Notes: a model not told the origin generated them from the sequence alone. 64,000 nucleotides of DNA from Eledone cirrhosa (GCA_964016885.1 OZ024742.1:52700001-52764000), one strand, 5' to 3'; shown: positions 12,681 through 27,199, counted from the first letter of the stretch. Numbers and translations: made by a program.

Positions 12681-12718
12681 CCTTTTGAAAAGCAGAAGAA
12701 CTGCGAAACCGGTAAAGG
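12681..12718 (+). ncRNA. Minimal hammerhead ribozyme with U3-A8 core variant
   Basis: CCTT-TTGAAAA-GCAG/CTGC-GAAAC-CG-GTA-AAGG, with palindromic ACCGGT. Confidence 0.7.
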
Positions 12719-13291
12719 AACCAAATAAATATATATATCTTTTAAAAAAATAAGACTTCAGTTGCATTTTCGATTTCATCTCTTTTTCTTTATACTTTCA
12801 CTCGTGTAGGACACCTCGGTTATTTTTCAATTTGTAAAAAAAAACTCACTTTCTAATATATATATATATATATATATATCATTTCCTTCGCACAAGGGAG
12901 TGTACATAGTAATTCATACAGAAGAACACACACCGATGTACACATACGCATTCAGCACAGACGTTCAAATATCATCAGCAACAGCAATAACAACAGCAAT
13001 AATAACAGCAATATTTTGGTTGGGCTAATAATCACTAAAAAGGACGTGCTGGGCTATATATCTAAAGGTTACATTAAAGGAGGTTTATGAAATTTAAAAA
13101 TCTTTGATTTTCTTAAATATACAAAATGGTATCGCTGTCTCATGCTAGCTAAATCTATCAATTTGTTAGATTAAGTAGCAGTAGAAATAACATAGCGTGG
13201 TTCATAATAGGGGTGTATAAGAAAGAGTGTAGGATATGTTTAAATATAATAAACATACGAGAGTTTCACGATGAATGTTTTATGATGCCAT

Positions 13292-13470
13292 TCAGTATCG
13301 GTAGAGGGTCGGACGCCATGCTTTGAAGCATAGAGTTGCGTCCCTTTATGATCTGAGTTCAAATCTCGCCGAGGTTAACTTTGCCTTTCATCCTTACGGG
13401 GTCGATAAAATAAAGTACCAGTAATACACTGGGTAGTTGCTGGCCTTGTGCCTAAAGTAGAAACAATTAT
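13292..13470 (+). mobile_element. tRNA-derived SINE, same family
   Basis: B box GAGTTCAAATCT, conserved body, and tail GCCTTGTGCCTAAAGTAGAAACAATT. Confidence 0.85.
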
Positions 13471-13754
13471 ATAACAACTATCTCAGTAGCCGTGTGAATA
13501 TGTCAGACAGCTGATTGTGGATTTTTATCCTTCATCGGTGGTATTTACTTACATGGTAATGGAATTGGAATAAGCTAAACCCTATATGGATTTTGTATAT
13601 GGAACATTAGCTTGAGATGTTCATTTGTATATAATGCAAACTTGACTTTCATATGTACCCTTAACGTAAGTCAGATTGTACCTATATGAGGAACGTAATG
13701 AAAGGTGGTTTTCCACATGGATTTGTTTTGTATTGTCGAAAGGAGTAATAAACA

Positions 13755-14430
13755 ACTGGTTCCTTATCAGTGTTTTCTCTAGAGTTTATCTCGAACTGGC
13801 AATGTTCTCCTGTAGCACTACTAGGTCAGCAATTTCTGGAAGTTATCCATGCGCCTCGGGCCGAAAGTTCTCCTGAAAAGAGTGGCTAGTTGATTATCGT
13901 CGACGACCAGAGTTTCCCAAGAACGTCGTCGCTTTTATCTTCTATAGAACGCTGATGTGGAGTTTCCACTGATTGTACTGCCCTATCCACACCACTAAGC
14001 TGATGTTGCCGGTACAGGCTGACACGGATCTCCCCAATCCTAGTTCGATCAGGATGCCCGTCTCCATTTTTTGTAGTAATGGCTCGAGATTCAATACAAG
14101 GGACAAGAGGAGACAACCATTGTTAACAGGTTACATGACATTCAACGCTTCTGAGGGGTAACCATTCAGTCTAACCAGAAAGCATATGCTACTGTGCATT
14201 ACAGCGACCAAGCCCTTGTAAATGGTTCCGACGCCGGCTGCCTTGAGGGCTGCCGCCAGTTAGCGGTGGTCAACCCTATCAAAAGCTTTCGATCAATTTA
14301 CCTTGATCAGGGTCCCAGCTATGCCAGGTTCCTTAACCACTCTCTTTATGATGTATCGCATGAGTTGGAAGTTGTCGTGAATGGATGTGTTCGGGATGGT
14401 GCTTATTTGCGCTATCCCTACCGACGAAAA
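13755..14430 (-). mobile_element. Internally deleted L1/Tx1 LINE fragment homologous to 6400-7780
   Basis: Reverse strand gives IHDNFQLMRYIIKRVVKEPG..LIK...KAFDRVDH and KSDDVLG, matching the 5338-8510 element. Confidence 0.8.
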
Positions 14431-14469
14431 GCGCCAAATTCGAAGCTAATACCATAACTCTGCGGAGTT

Positions 14470-15860
14470 TAAAATGTTAAGGCCATAATTTTAAACTTTG
14501 CATGGTTATGGGCTTAAAATATATACCAAGACTTATAAGTGATAAACCTCGTAAACCATCTCCCCAAACACGTCAACAGAAATATTATTATTGTAACTTT
14601 TGACATAATAAACCTTAACACTAAGATCCACATTAATACGCACTAGATGCAATAGGATTCTAGCTCGAAATTTTGATATCCCAGAAAGAATAGAAAATGG
14701 ATTCATCATCGAGGTACTAAAATTAATTCTACAAAGCAACTTTTTTATTTCAATGTCAATATTTACAAACAATTATCGGGAACTGTAATGAGTACAAATG
14801 TTGCTCCGTCTTACGCTAATTTAATCATGACATAACTGGCAGTCCAAATATATGAAGAATCTAAATGATAGTACCGCTTGAACTTCCACATTTTCTAGAC
14901 AATTTGAAACTCTACTTCGATAATTATCCGATGGATGCACACATTCGAGCAACTCTACGAATTCAAAACTCTAATTAACAGCAGTAATGATAATATCCAT
15001 TTCACAATGGAATATATTTGAGGGCAACTGCCATTCCTGAATATTCTAATCATTGAAACTGACATCCACCACAAACCAACAGATTCTAAACAATACTTAC
15101 TCTTCACCTCAAACCATCCAAAACGCACAAAAGCAGATATTCCATTTAATCTGAGGAAAAGAAGAATTTAAACAATTATCTCAAATTATGAAAGCCGGAA
15201 TAAAAGACACGAAGAATTAAAAGAAATTAATGGAATCGAACATACCAGAGCAAGAGATATTCAAGAATTACAAAAAATAGCTTCAGTTCCGTCCAATACT
15301 CTATCCCATATCTCAACACACAACCCAATAAATACTCAAGAACACCTCATTATCCACAGGAACACCCCGCTATTGTCACAAGACTCAATAATGAGAATGG
15401 TCTCCAAAACAAATAATCAAAAGCAAAAGACAACACAAATCCCTTGAAAACCTACTCCACAACACCAAATTACCCACCACAAACCCGACACCAACAGTCA
15501 AATGTGTGGTCACCTTAATTGCGGAACTTACATTAACCTCATTGTATACTTTTAAATAAGGACACACAATTTTACCTGTTTATCAAAAATTTAATATATG
15601 CTAGTAAATGTAAAGATTACACAGACTAAGCTAAATTCACCCTCAGAAATAACAGAATGTCAATTCATCGGCAACAATTATGTAACCCTACCATAAAACA
15701 ATTACCACTTAGTGGGCATTTAAAGTTATGTTCAACAAAATAAGTCCTCCAAATTTCAAGTCTTTCCACTTTATCTTTGTCCTGAAAATATCGCAGACTA
15801 AACAAAATAAATAAATAAAATATATCTATTCAAAAATTCAAACCATGTCTGAATAAACTC
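14470..15860 (+). mobile_element. Degenerate Penelope-like element (RT core to GIY-YIG), same family as 10390
   Basis: QLSGTVMSTNVAPSYANL (RT motif) and ETDIHHKPTDSKQYLLFTSNHPK. Many stops. Confidence 0.8.
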
Positions 15861-15896
15861 TAATGAGAAACACTTACGATGAACTATCCACACACA

Positions 15897-16007
<111 letters not shown>

Positions 16008-16114
16008 AAAATACTTGTTCATCTAAACTATAATAAAGGAAGGTCTGCGGGACTGCGTACGGTTTATTTCTTTTAATCCAGTTAGTAAAATAAGTTGGAT
16101 TACTTTGAATAAAT

Positions 16115-16230
16115 AATTGTTTCTACTTTAGGCACAAGGCCAGCAATTACCCAGTGCATTACTGGTACTTTATTTTATCGACCCCGTAAGGATGAAAGGC
16201 AAAGTCAACCTCGGCGGGATTCGAACTCAG
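16115..16230 (-). mobile_element. 5'-truncated SINE copy with 20-bp TSD
   Basis: GATTACTTTGAATAAATAAT on both sides. Confidence 0.85.
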
Positions 16231-16904
16231 ATTACTTTGAATAAATAATGAATGAATAATACATAATTTATGTACTAAATTTCGTAAACATAAATAATTT
16301 CGTAAAATTAAATAATTTAAAATTGACTTCTTTTCAAAGCTGCACTTCCGGTATATCGTCGCCACCACCATCACTTCAACTACCATATATATAGAAAGAG
16401 AGAGTGTGTGATGAGAGAGATAGAGAGATTATGATTTTTTACACGCTGACGCGTATGAGTGTGCACATACATACATCTATATGTATGAGTATATAACTAT
16501 AATCGCTCAAACACAAACTTATAAAAATACACGGACATACATTCACACAAATACACATACATTCACACAAATACACATACTTTCACACAAATATACATAC
16601 TTTCACACAAATATACATACATTCACACATACTTTCACACAAACATACATACATTCACACATACATTTATACAAACACACACATAGTCATGATAGCAGCG
16701 TTCGGTGAAATTGGAAATGGGAGGGTAAAACAAGTATAGCGTTTTATTTATTTATTAACTCTATTTATTTAACTCTTTTTTTAAACTCATTTAATATAAT
16801 GGTTACAGAATGAAAACACTAACAAATATAATATATACAAAGGAAAGGGAAAGGAAAAAAAGAAAGAGAAAAAATACACAAACAGGAAATACACGCATCT
16901 TAGG

Positions 16905-17160
16905 CCACAGAACAAAAGGGCAACGATGGTTGCTAAACACTGTACGGCTTAATTCGGGATGTTTGTTTACAAACAAACCGAGCATTATAATAAATGTTCG
17001 GTAAATCCATACGTTCATATATATATGTGTGCATGTATGTATATATATACATACTATTGTACGTCTGTATACATATATGTATGTACGTATACATACTTAT
17101 ATTTAAGTAACAGCCGTACTAAGAGTGAGAAATGAAATTTCGTTTCATTTTTTCCATTTA
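16905..17160 (+). mobile_element. 3' portion of the roughly 430-nt HHR element family at 38225-39105
   Basis: Matches 38860-39105 (GGCAACGATGGTTGC...CAGCCGTACTAAGAGTGAGAAATGAAATTTC) and ends in (TA)n. Confidence 0.8.
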
Positions 17161-17324
17161 TATATATATATACATATACATTTACATATACATACATATA
17201 TATGTGCGTGTGTGTGTACATATATTTATATACGAACATAACCAAGTGAAGTGAAATGCTGTTAGAGAAATGAACATTCCAGTTTGGCTCCAAAACAACA
17301 CATGGCACAGATAGACATATAAAT

Positions 17325-17895
<571 letters not shown>

Positions 17896-18258
17896 GTAAT
17901 TACATAAACGCACAGACGAATATATAAGAAATAGAAAGAAATGCAGAAGTTTATTCCTTGCCAATGTGTTAAGAGAATAAATGAACACTCAGAAAGAAAA
18001 TAGAAATAATCAAACGAAATCCGAAGAAAGTAAATATTCTTTCTTTTATGATCAAAGGAAGCTTTCAAAGTTGTGCCAACCGTTATTCCACCTTACACGA
18101 CAACAGAAAGTTCCAGCCTGCAAAGCACAATTTCTGGCAACCTGAATCAAATTTCTCCTGAATTTCTCCTGAATTTTCCTAAGCAATTGTCTCACTAACA
18201 GTATGTTGGATTTTATCTCATATCATATATTGATATATGTGCCTATACACAATTATAC

Positions 18259-18302
<44 letters not shown>

Positions 18303-18643
18303 GTGTGTGTGTGTGTATTTCTAGATAGATAAATAGATATAGATATATAGATACATATAGATGCATACATATATATATATCAAATGATATATTTATGTAT
18401 ATATATATAGTTAAAGAATGAAGAGTAACATGGCTGGCTGTACAATAAGGGCTTTATTTAAAGTACTGACAATTGTTCCGTTGATCAGGTGAGTCTAGAG
18501 TTCGCTAATCGATCTCAAATACATTATTTACCTCTGGTCAACACATCAGAGTACGTAGATATGAAAGTAATTCACTCGAGGCAAGACTTATATAGAAAAA
18601 TAGTGTATAATCAAAACAATAACATCAATAATAAAACATGTAT

Positions 18644-19008
18644 GACTAGACATGAAAAATGCGCAAGCTCAAAAGAGCCACAGAATGTTATAATAAACCT
18701 TCAAAAGAGTGGGACTAGAGTTGTTACTCAAAAATATTGTAATCATGATCTATCGTACAATCTGCGGCATCCTTTATAAAAATATCACAATAAATACATA
18801 TATGTTTAATAATATTACGTAATTATTTATAGCTGTTATTAAATTAAACATAGATGTATTTATTGTGATATTTTTATAAAGGATGCCACAGTGTGTACGA
18901 TAGATAACGATTACAATATTTTTGAGTAACAACTCTAGTTCCACACTTTTGAAGATTTATTATAACATTCTGTGACTCTTTTGACCTTGCGTATTTTTCA
19001 TGTCTAGT
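18644..19008. repeat. Inverted repeat of about 155 bp with about 55-bp spacer
   Basis: 18644-18798 is the reverse complement of 18854-19008 with scattered mismatches. Confidence 0.8.
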
Positions 19009-19903
19009 TTAATATCTTTTTAAGGCAACGCCTGTAATAACTCTAGTTAAACATGATATATATTAATAATAAATTATCGTTGTAATGTAATTAGATTATA
19101 TAATTGTTATTATAAATGATCTTATAAATATTAGTGTAAGATGTATAAAAATATTTTCAGACTGTTAATATAAATAACAACAAAAAACAATCAATATTAA
19201 ATCAATATATTATACATAATAGAAAACATAAAATAAATAAACAATATAAAAATAAAATATTTACATACAATTGCAATTATCAGTCTATATAAATGTTCTT
19301 TATTCCCTGAACAAATTAATGAGATTTGTTCTTATTGCACATAATTTGATGACTTTTGGGAGTGTATTAAAATATAACAACAATTTGTGATTAAATTGTT
19401 ATCTTAAGCAACTCTCTTTTTAATAGTTGTTGGTGAGCGAAATTGGAAAAGCCTATGAGCAAATATTTTAAAAAATACACAAACTACATTTCCCTGTATT
19501 GTTGCAACATTAGATAAAATAATTGAGCAATGTCGTGAGATTTTGCTCTTATTGCACATTAATAGTGTTTCTATTTTTCGGCACAAAGCCATTACCGCAG
19601 TCCATTACTGGTACTTTATTTTATCGACCCCGTAAGGATGAAAGGCAAAGTTAATACTGACAATAATGCAAATGTGTAATAGTGAAAATTTGCGCCTTTT
19701 CAATAATTTATCGTCTGCTCACGTTGCATTAAAGGGAAATAACTCGTCTCTCAACTGTATTTATACATTTTAACTGAAACATCAATATTACACATTCGAT
19801 TTGAAAATTTTTTGACCGATCTCTCCGCTGGAGCTTAATCTATAAGTTTAGATGTGTGGCGACCGTTTTAATAGAGAGACAGACAGGCAGACAGACAACC
19901 TCA

Positions 19904-19944
<41 letters not shown>

Positions 19945-20849
19945 AAGATTTTTAAACGCGTGTGACACACATTTTTACAATGTTTTTAGAAAAATTATTT
20001 TTACAAATATTTACAAAGTGCAGTTTGTATTACAATCGGAACTCTGCCTATACTCGATTGCAATATATAAAGAGAAACAAGATACAAAGATATATTTCTT
20101 TATTTGGCACAAGGGCGCACAAAAATGGGACATTACAGAACATGAATATACGCTATTTTGAAGTGTTTAAAACATTTTTACAAACAAAAATTTAGAATCG
20201 TTTTGTACAAACGATAAATTAAAAAATATTTGTACAAACTTTTACGATAGACTTTCATCTTATCTATTAACCGCCTAACCCTAACCCTAACGTCAATATA
20301 TTACATTTTTTGAAAAATACTTAATATAAAGTTTTTAAAAATCATATAACGACGAAATAACAAAAATAAATGAACTAGGAAAACAAACAAAAAAAACATG
20401 GCGGATGCTTTTGAGCAACACTTACTCTGATTGATTGAAAATTAGCCAATGGCATGTAATCACCACGGCCACGGACAGACCATGAAAAAAAATTGACGAT
20501 CTACACATATATGTTAGAACACTAAAATGACTAAAACATTCTGTTGTTAGTCACTTCCTGTCTAACCGATAAATAGGTAGAGAAGTTACAGATGTAAAAA
20601 GTAAAAAGTAAAATATAAGATAGGGTACATTAAAAAATAAGAAAATGAGACAAAGGAAAATATAAAGAAAGAAATAAGTGAGAGCGTGTAAGTACATAGT
20701 AGTAGATTTTGAGTAAGTGTTCTTTTAAGGATTCGCTGGTGAGTTAGTGCTAACATGAGAAACCAGATTCGAGATGTACATAGATACGTGTAGAGGGTCC
20801 GATAAAAGAAAAGACAATAAATTAGAGATTAATTGGCGGATACATGTAT

Positions 20850-20960
20850 AATTGTTTCTACTTTAGGCACAAGGCCAGCAATTACTCAGTGCGTTACTGG
20901 TACTTTATTTTATCGACCCCGTAAGGATGAAAGGCAAAGTCAACCTCGGTGGGATTTGAA
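20850..20960 (-). mobile_element. 5'-truncated SINE copy (another partial copy at about 19565-19652)
   Basis: Conserved SINE body and tail. Confidence 0.8.
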
Positions 20961-20964
20961 ATAA

Positions 20965-22345
20965 TATTTATGGGTTAGGGATGACGGGACATTTGATAAA
21001 CGCTTGTTGTAAATGTTTTGCTGATTGTTCTATCTTAATTGAGTTGATGCTGTTTCAGGGAGAGAGGGTGAAAGAAATGTTCAGAGATTTATGATCCAGT
21101 GACCAGTTGGCCGTTTGATAGCTAATAGTAGTGCGATGGTGTGTATTCTATATGTTAAAATCTAGGTGGTTCAGTACTAATTTGGGGATTGCTGGTTCAA
21201 ATCATGGTGGTTTGAAGTTTGTGAATCTAGTAGCTATTTTATGCCTACTGAAAATAGATCTTTTTATTTTGCTGTTAAACAGCATCCAATCGTACCTTAA
21301 GATATGTAGTAGTTCTAGATTACAAAGCCCGCAGTGGGACATACCGTTGCTGTAGGCTTTTGCTACCGATAATTTTGACCAGCTAATCTTATATTCTAGG
21401 TTTTTGTCCTTAAGCTGCCAGATTTTATTGGTGAGCGTCATAGAGTACTCCAGTGCACGGTACTTCATGGAGTGTCTGTGGACGTACCACCTTTTCTTGA
21501 ACTCCCCATCCGTGGAACCTATGTAGTGCCAAGTAGAATTGCCTAAATTCACAGTACACAGGTATACCATACTCGAATCCAGGCATCTATTCCGTAGTGG
21601 GCACTTATCCGGTAGGTGGCCATTACAATTTGAGGTTTTATTTTGTGCAGGTTCATCGTTGCGGTTTGGTAAGTTGTTGTGGGCGGGTTGTGATTTAGAC
21701 CTATTAATGTTTTGTTGTGATGCGTTCTGGTGCGTTTGTGGTTGTGATGTTGTTATGTGTTTGTGTTTTGTATTTGGTACTATGGTGCGTGTTGGAAGGT
21801 TAATTTATTTAGATATATTTTTGTGGATTCTATGTTGGCTGCAGTAGAGTAGGAAAGTTTTATAGTTTTTCTATTGAAGATTTTATGGTATTTGTGTAGT
21901 GTAGGGAAGTGCTTATCTATTAGTTTAAAGAATGTAGAAGGTAGTTTAGTTGTTATAGAGGAGTTGAATATTGGATTGAACCATAGGTACTTTCTATGTC
22001 TGGATCTTCTATAGTTTTGGGGGGCTCCTTGTATTAGTGTTCTGTTCGGTTATTTTTGGTGTTCATTGTCTAATTCTATGCTTAGTCCTATGCTTGTTAT
22101 TTCTATATGAGCGGTTAGTGTTGTTGTCGTTAGATTTGTTGCTGCTGTCTCTATCTAGTATGTATTCCAGCTTCTCCTTATGTCCAGCCTTATGTAAAGC
22201 TATATTATAATAGTTTGCGTGTTCGTTAAACATTTCTAGGTTCGAAGATAGGCGGGATATTCCGAGGGATATACTATGTGCTATGGAGTTAATTATGGAT
22301 CGAGGGTGGTTTTAGTTATAACTAATGTAGGATAGATTTTCGTTA
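20965..22345 (-). mobile_element. Degenerate Penelope-like element (RT thumb + GIY-YIG), related to the 40427-42265 type
   Basis: YLWFNP motif near 21980, then CNGHLPDKCPLRNRC, VYLCTV..WHYIGSTDGEFKKRWYVH and CGLCNLE. Confidence 0.8.
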
Positions 22346-22667
22346 TTCTGATGTGTTGACCAGAGGTAAATAATGTATTGGAGATCGAATGACGCAACTT
22401 CAAGCGATTAGTGAACTCTAGACTCACCTGATCAACGAAACAATTGTCAGTACTTTAAATAAAGCCCTTATTGTACAGCCAACCATGTTACTCTTCATTC
22501 TTTAACTATTATTACTCCAAGTACAACCTGCATAGAAATTACCGCGAACTCGCTGCATAACTATGGAAGCATCTTGTTGAGTCAAACAAAGCCGTACATT
22601 AAAACTATCCACAACGTAGAGTACTCACAACATCTAACTGGATTACCTATTACGATAACTTGTTATC

Positions 22668-22719
<52 letters not shown>

Positions 22720-23140
22720 GGGGGGGGTACCTGAGAAATTAAGGGCTGAAACATTTGCTTGAGTGGTGTTTCTTATCTCTGAGACCTTCTGCTGTCCAAC
22801 TCCCCTGGGAGTTTCTTACCAATTTATTTGCATCGAATGCGTACGTTAGTGCTTGCCTGTGTGTGTGCTTGTGTGTATTTCTTTATTCTACATATTCTAG
22901 AAGTCAATAAATTTATATTGTTAGGGAGACATTTACGGAGGAATAGATGTTTTATCGTCTGTCACATCACACTTACTGGTTTCGTACAACCTAGAGCTTT
23001 ATATACACACACATGCACACATATACACCACATGTACACAGGAAAGAAAACAGTCTCTCATGCATATATATATATATACATACACATATTTATTAGAATA
23101 CTTTTGAAGTGTGTATACAGTTTTTGGGACACCCTGTATA

Positions 23141-23174
<34 letters not shown>

Positions 23175-23175
23175 T

Positions 23176-23399
23176 AATCGATCGACTTTCGTCAAATCGG
23201 ACCGAGGAAACAATGTTCCGTTGGTCTTTGAAACAATGTTCCAGTTGCTAATACTATCTATCGGTCGCAACTCCAGGTAGAAGGAGCAACGTGAAATAAA
23301 GTGCCTTGCTCAAGGACATAACGCATCGCCCGGTCCAGGAATCGAACTCACAACCTCAAGATTGTGAATCCAATTCTCTAACCACTCAGCCACACGCCT

Positions 23400-23403
<4 letters not shown>
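23176..23403 (-). mobile_element. tRNA-derived SINE of a second family with a V-domain-like core (partial second copy at 56630-56822)
   Basis: A box TGGCTGAGTGG, B box GTTCGATTCC, then GTCCTTGAGCAAGGCACTTT. Ends in poly(A). Confidence 0.8.
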
Positions 23404-23452
<49 letters not shown>

Positions 23453-23656
23453 GGGGTGTCCCAAAAACTGTATACACACTTCAAAAGTATTCTAATAAAT
23501 ATGTGTATGTATATATATATATATGCATGAGTGACTGTTTTCTTTCCTGTGTACATGTGGTGTATGTGTGAATGTATGTGTGTCCATGTGTGTGTATATA
23601 AAGTTATATATATATATATATATATGTGTGTGTATATAAAGTTCTATATATATATA

Positions 23657-24153
23657 TAACAAAGGAAATGTGGTAAGGAACCAGATGGACCATAACGCAC
23701 CAGAGTACTCAATGCTTAGAGTAGTAGAGTGGGAAATAGGAAAAACTATGACCCCGACGGCAGAGCTCAAGCCGTTTCGACGGCTATTTCTGGACTAAAT
23801 TAGAATTTTTAGCCTGGTGAATAAATAGCCGAACTTGTCAAGGGGTACTTCCTTATATGGGAAGATAGTAGTTGTCAAGAGGATTGGTTAAAATTTGTTG
23901 TAAACACAAATAATTATTTCTACTTTACAAGGCCAGCAATTACCCAGTGCATTACTACACAAATAATGGCATGATAGACTTATTTGTGTTTACAACAAAT
24001 TTTAACCAATCATCTTGACAACTACAATCTTCCCATATAAGGAAGTTCTCTCTTGACAAGTTCGGCTATTTATTCACCAGGCTAAAAATTCTAATTTAGT
24101 CCAGAAATAGCCGTCGAAACGGCTTGAGCTCTGCCGTCGGGCTCATACTTTTT

Positions 24154-24157
<4 letters not shown>
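23657..24157. mobile_element. Fold-back mini-derivative of the 39153-43280 PLE family with two U3-A8 HHRs (23751-23846 minus, 24048-24142 plus)
   Basis: Same tail and pLTR end as 39153. Inverted arms, (TA)n flanks, and a roughly 45-bp SINE tail with TSD ACACAAATAAT in the loop. Confidence 0.85.
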
Positions 24158-24204
<47 letters not shown>

Positions 24205-24309
24205 CCATTTCCGAGAACAATTTGTTTCACCGTAGACGGATCAGCAAAATGAAACAAATTGTTCTCGGAAATGGTGGATATAACCCACCACCACCAGTGT
24301 TCTACTGTA

Positions 24310-24779
<470 letters not shown>

Positions 24780-25518
24780 AGTATATCTACCAACATATGT
24801 ATACTGATGTATACCCATGCTAGCAAATATATATGTTATGTCCTACTACCTTTGTGGTTCTATGCAGGGGATGCAAAACAATTATATGAAAGACGTAAAA
24901 TAAGAAAATTTTAAAAATTAAAAATTAACTTACTAAAATTTTCACTCCAACTAATTAGTTTCTGTACGGGAATAAATATAGTTACGCAACGTAACTATAG
25001 AGAAGTCCTTACGTCATCAGGGAGTCTATTCTCAGCCAAGTTCCAAGGCAATGCGCGGACACTAGGAACCCATATAAAAATAATAATTCAGTGGATGGTA
25101 TTTTCTTATTTTACGTCTTTCATATAATTGTTCTGCATCCCCCTGCATAGAACCACAAAGTTACTAGGACATAACATATATATTTACTAGTATGTGTATA
25201 CATCAGTATACATATGTTGGTAGATATACTAATTCTCTATATTTATCTCCAAATTATTGTTGAGCAAAACTTGCCAAAATTTACTGCTATGGTTCATAGT
25301 AGTAGTTAGGCTCTTGTCATAATACCACCCCACTCCTCACTGATTAACCTCAATGTCACGTGATTGATTCTTTAGAATTTTCCACTGACCAAGTAGGCAG
25401 TGAATTTTTTCAGTGCCCTGGAATTTAGTCCCCGCTAGCTTTATTCCATCCACTGAATTATTATTTTTATATGGGTTCCTAATGTCCGCGCATTGCCTGG
25501 GAACTTAGCTGAGAATAG

Positions 25519-25600
25519 ACTCCCTGATGACGTAAGGACTTCTCTATAGTTACGTTGCGTAACTATATGTATTCCCTTACAGAAACTAATTAGTTGGAGT
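25519..25600 (+). ncRNA. Type-I hammerhead ribozyme, unit 1 (antisense copy at 24944-25025)
   Basis: ACTCC-CTGATGA-(C)GTAAGG..CCTTAC(A)-GAAAC-TAATTA-GTT-GGAGT, with an inner hairpin TATAGTTACG/CGTAACTATA in stem II. Confidence 0.88.
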
Positions 25601-26057
25601 GAAAATTTTAGTAAGTAAGTTAATTTTTAATTTTTAAAATTTTCTTATTTTACGTCTTTCATATAATTGTTCTGCATCCCCTGCATAGAACCACAAAGGT
25701 ACTAGGACATAACATATATATTTGCTAGCATGGGTATACATCAGTATACATATGCTGGTAGATATACTAATTCTCTATATTTATCTCCAAATTATTTGTT
25801 GAACAAAACTTGCCAAAATTTACTGCTATGGTTCATGGTAGTAGTTATGCTCTTGTCATAATACCACCCCACTCCTCACTGATTAACCTCAGTGTCACTT
25901 GATTGATTCTTTAGAATTTGCCACTGACCAAGTAGGCAGTGAATTTTTTCAGTACCCTGGAATTTAGTCCCCGCTAGCTTTATTCCATCCACTGAATTAT
26001 TATTTTTATATGGGTTCCTAGTGTCCGCGCATTGCCTGGGAACTTAGCTGAGAATAG

Positions 26058-26139
26058 ACTCCCTGATGACGTAAGGACTTCTCTATAGTTACGTTGCGTA
26101 ACTATATTTATTCCCTTACAGAAACTAATTAGTTGGAGT
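26058..26139 (+). ncRNA. Type-I hammerhead ribozyme, unit 2
   Basis: Same motif as 25519-25600. Confidence 0.88.
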
Positions 26140-26195
26140 GAAAATTTTAGTGAGTAAATTAATTTTTAATTTTAAAAATTTTCTTATTTTACGTC

Positions 26196-26264
<69 letters not shown>

Positions 26265-26267
<3 letters not shown>

Positions 26268-26757
26268 TATGAGTTTGATGCAACGTGCAGTGACTCGTTA
26301 TCCGCTCCGAACCTTGTCGCTTTGACCACAACCCCGGCACTCCGCTTACTTTTGCACCAGTCTCTGTTGAGATCTCTAGTAACCTTGACTCCCCGCCACC
26401 ACACTGTTGATATCTTCCACAAAGTCGGAAAGACGGTGGCCCGCTTGAGGAGGGAGCTCCATCGGGTGAGGTGTCTGTGCAGCGGATATCTGGCCTTTCT
26501 CTGAGGTAACGCTTTTATTTGGCCTTTCTCTGCGGTAACGCTTTTGCCGTTTCGTCCGTGAGCACAGCGATGCCCCACTTCGACTGGTGTGAAGGGATTC
26601 TCCCTTCCTTTTTCTCTTTCTTTTGTTAATTGATTGTTCTTTCGTTTTCGTTTTCTCCTTTTCCTTTTCTTTTTTTTTCTTCCTTTTCTGTTATTTTTAA
26701 TAGTGTGTTTTGTTTTCTTAGATACTGTTCAATATGTAATTGACAACCAATAAAATA
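26265..26757 (+). mobile_element. Probable 3' end of an unclassified LINE
   Basis: GC-rich coding-like segment, then T-rich UTR and AATAAA. Starts at (TA)n. No diagnostic motif recognised. Confidence 0.35.
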
Positions 26758-27168
26758 TACATATACAAAAAAGTTTGACAATTGTGGTGGAACGGTTTCA
26801 AATTCCTGCCGGTAATTTTACATTCTTAATTGCAGAGCAGTTTCTCTTTGACTTTTATCTTTCTCAGCTCAATATACTAAGCGCCAGTATAGTACGAAGT
26901 TCGTGTTCTTTGAATAAACCTTATTTGCAAGAAACTGTTTGATGTGCCAAGAACTTTATAACTTATGGCAACTGAGTCGGCGTCCTCGCCAGTACTTTTG
27001 ATATTGTTTCTCTCTTTACTATGCCAATATCATTTCTTGAGAAATGCCCAAATCCCTTCAACAAATATGTTCGATCATCATTTGTAAATGCACCTTATCA
27101 CGAGAGAAATTTGTCCGACCTATATAAATATAGGTATGTGCGTCTGTCTGTCTGTGTCTGTGTGTGCA

Positions 27169-27199
<31 letters not shown>

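Larger units (their letters stand above)
10390..12857 (+). mobile_element. 5'-truncated Penelope-like element: RT thumb + GIY-YIG (about 10390-11393), 3' region with an internal tandem duplication, pLTR with HHR
   Basis: LPFLDILI, TDIHYKPTDSKQYL, SNHPKH. In another frame LLYAIKCKGCNEDYIGQT...RMTVHR and KENMFIQKYRPALN. (TA)n at both ends. Confidence 0.87.

Noticed and set aside
20274-20291. CCTAACCCTAACCCTAAC telomere-like repeat
   Set aside because: Only about three units, too short to call an interstitial telomere or a Helentron.
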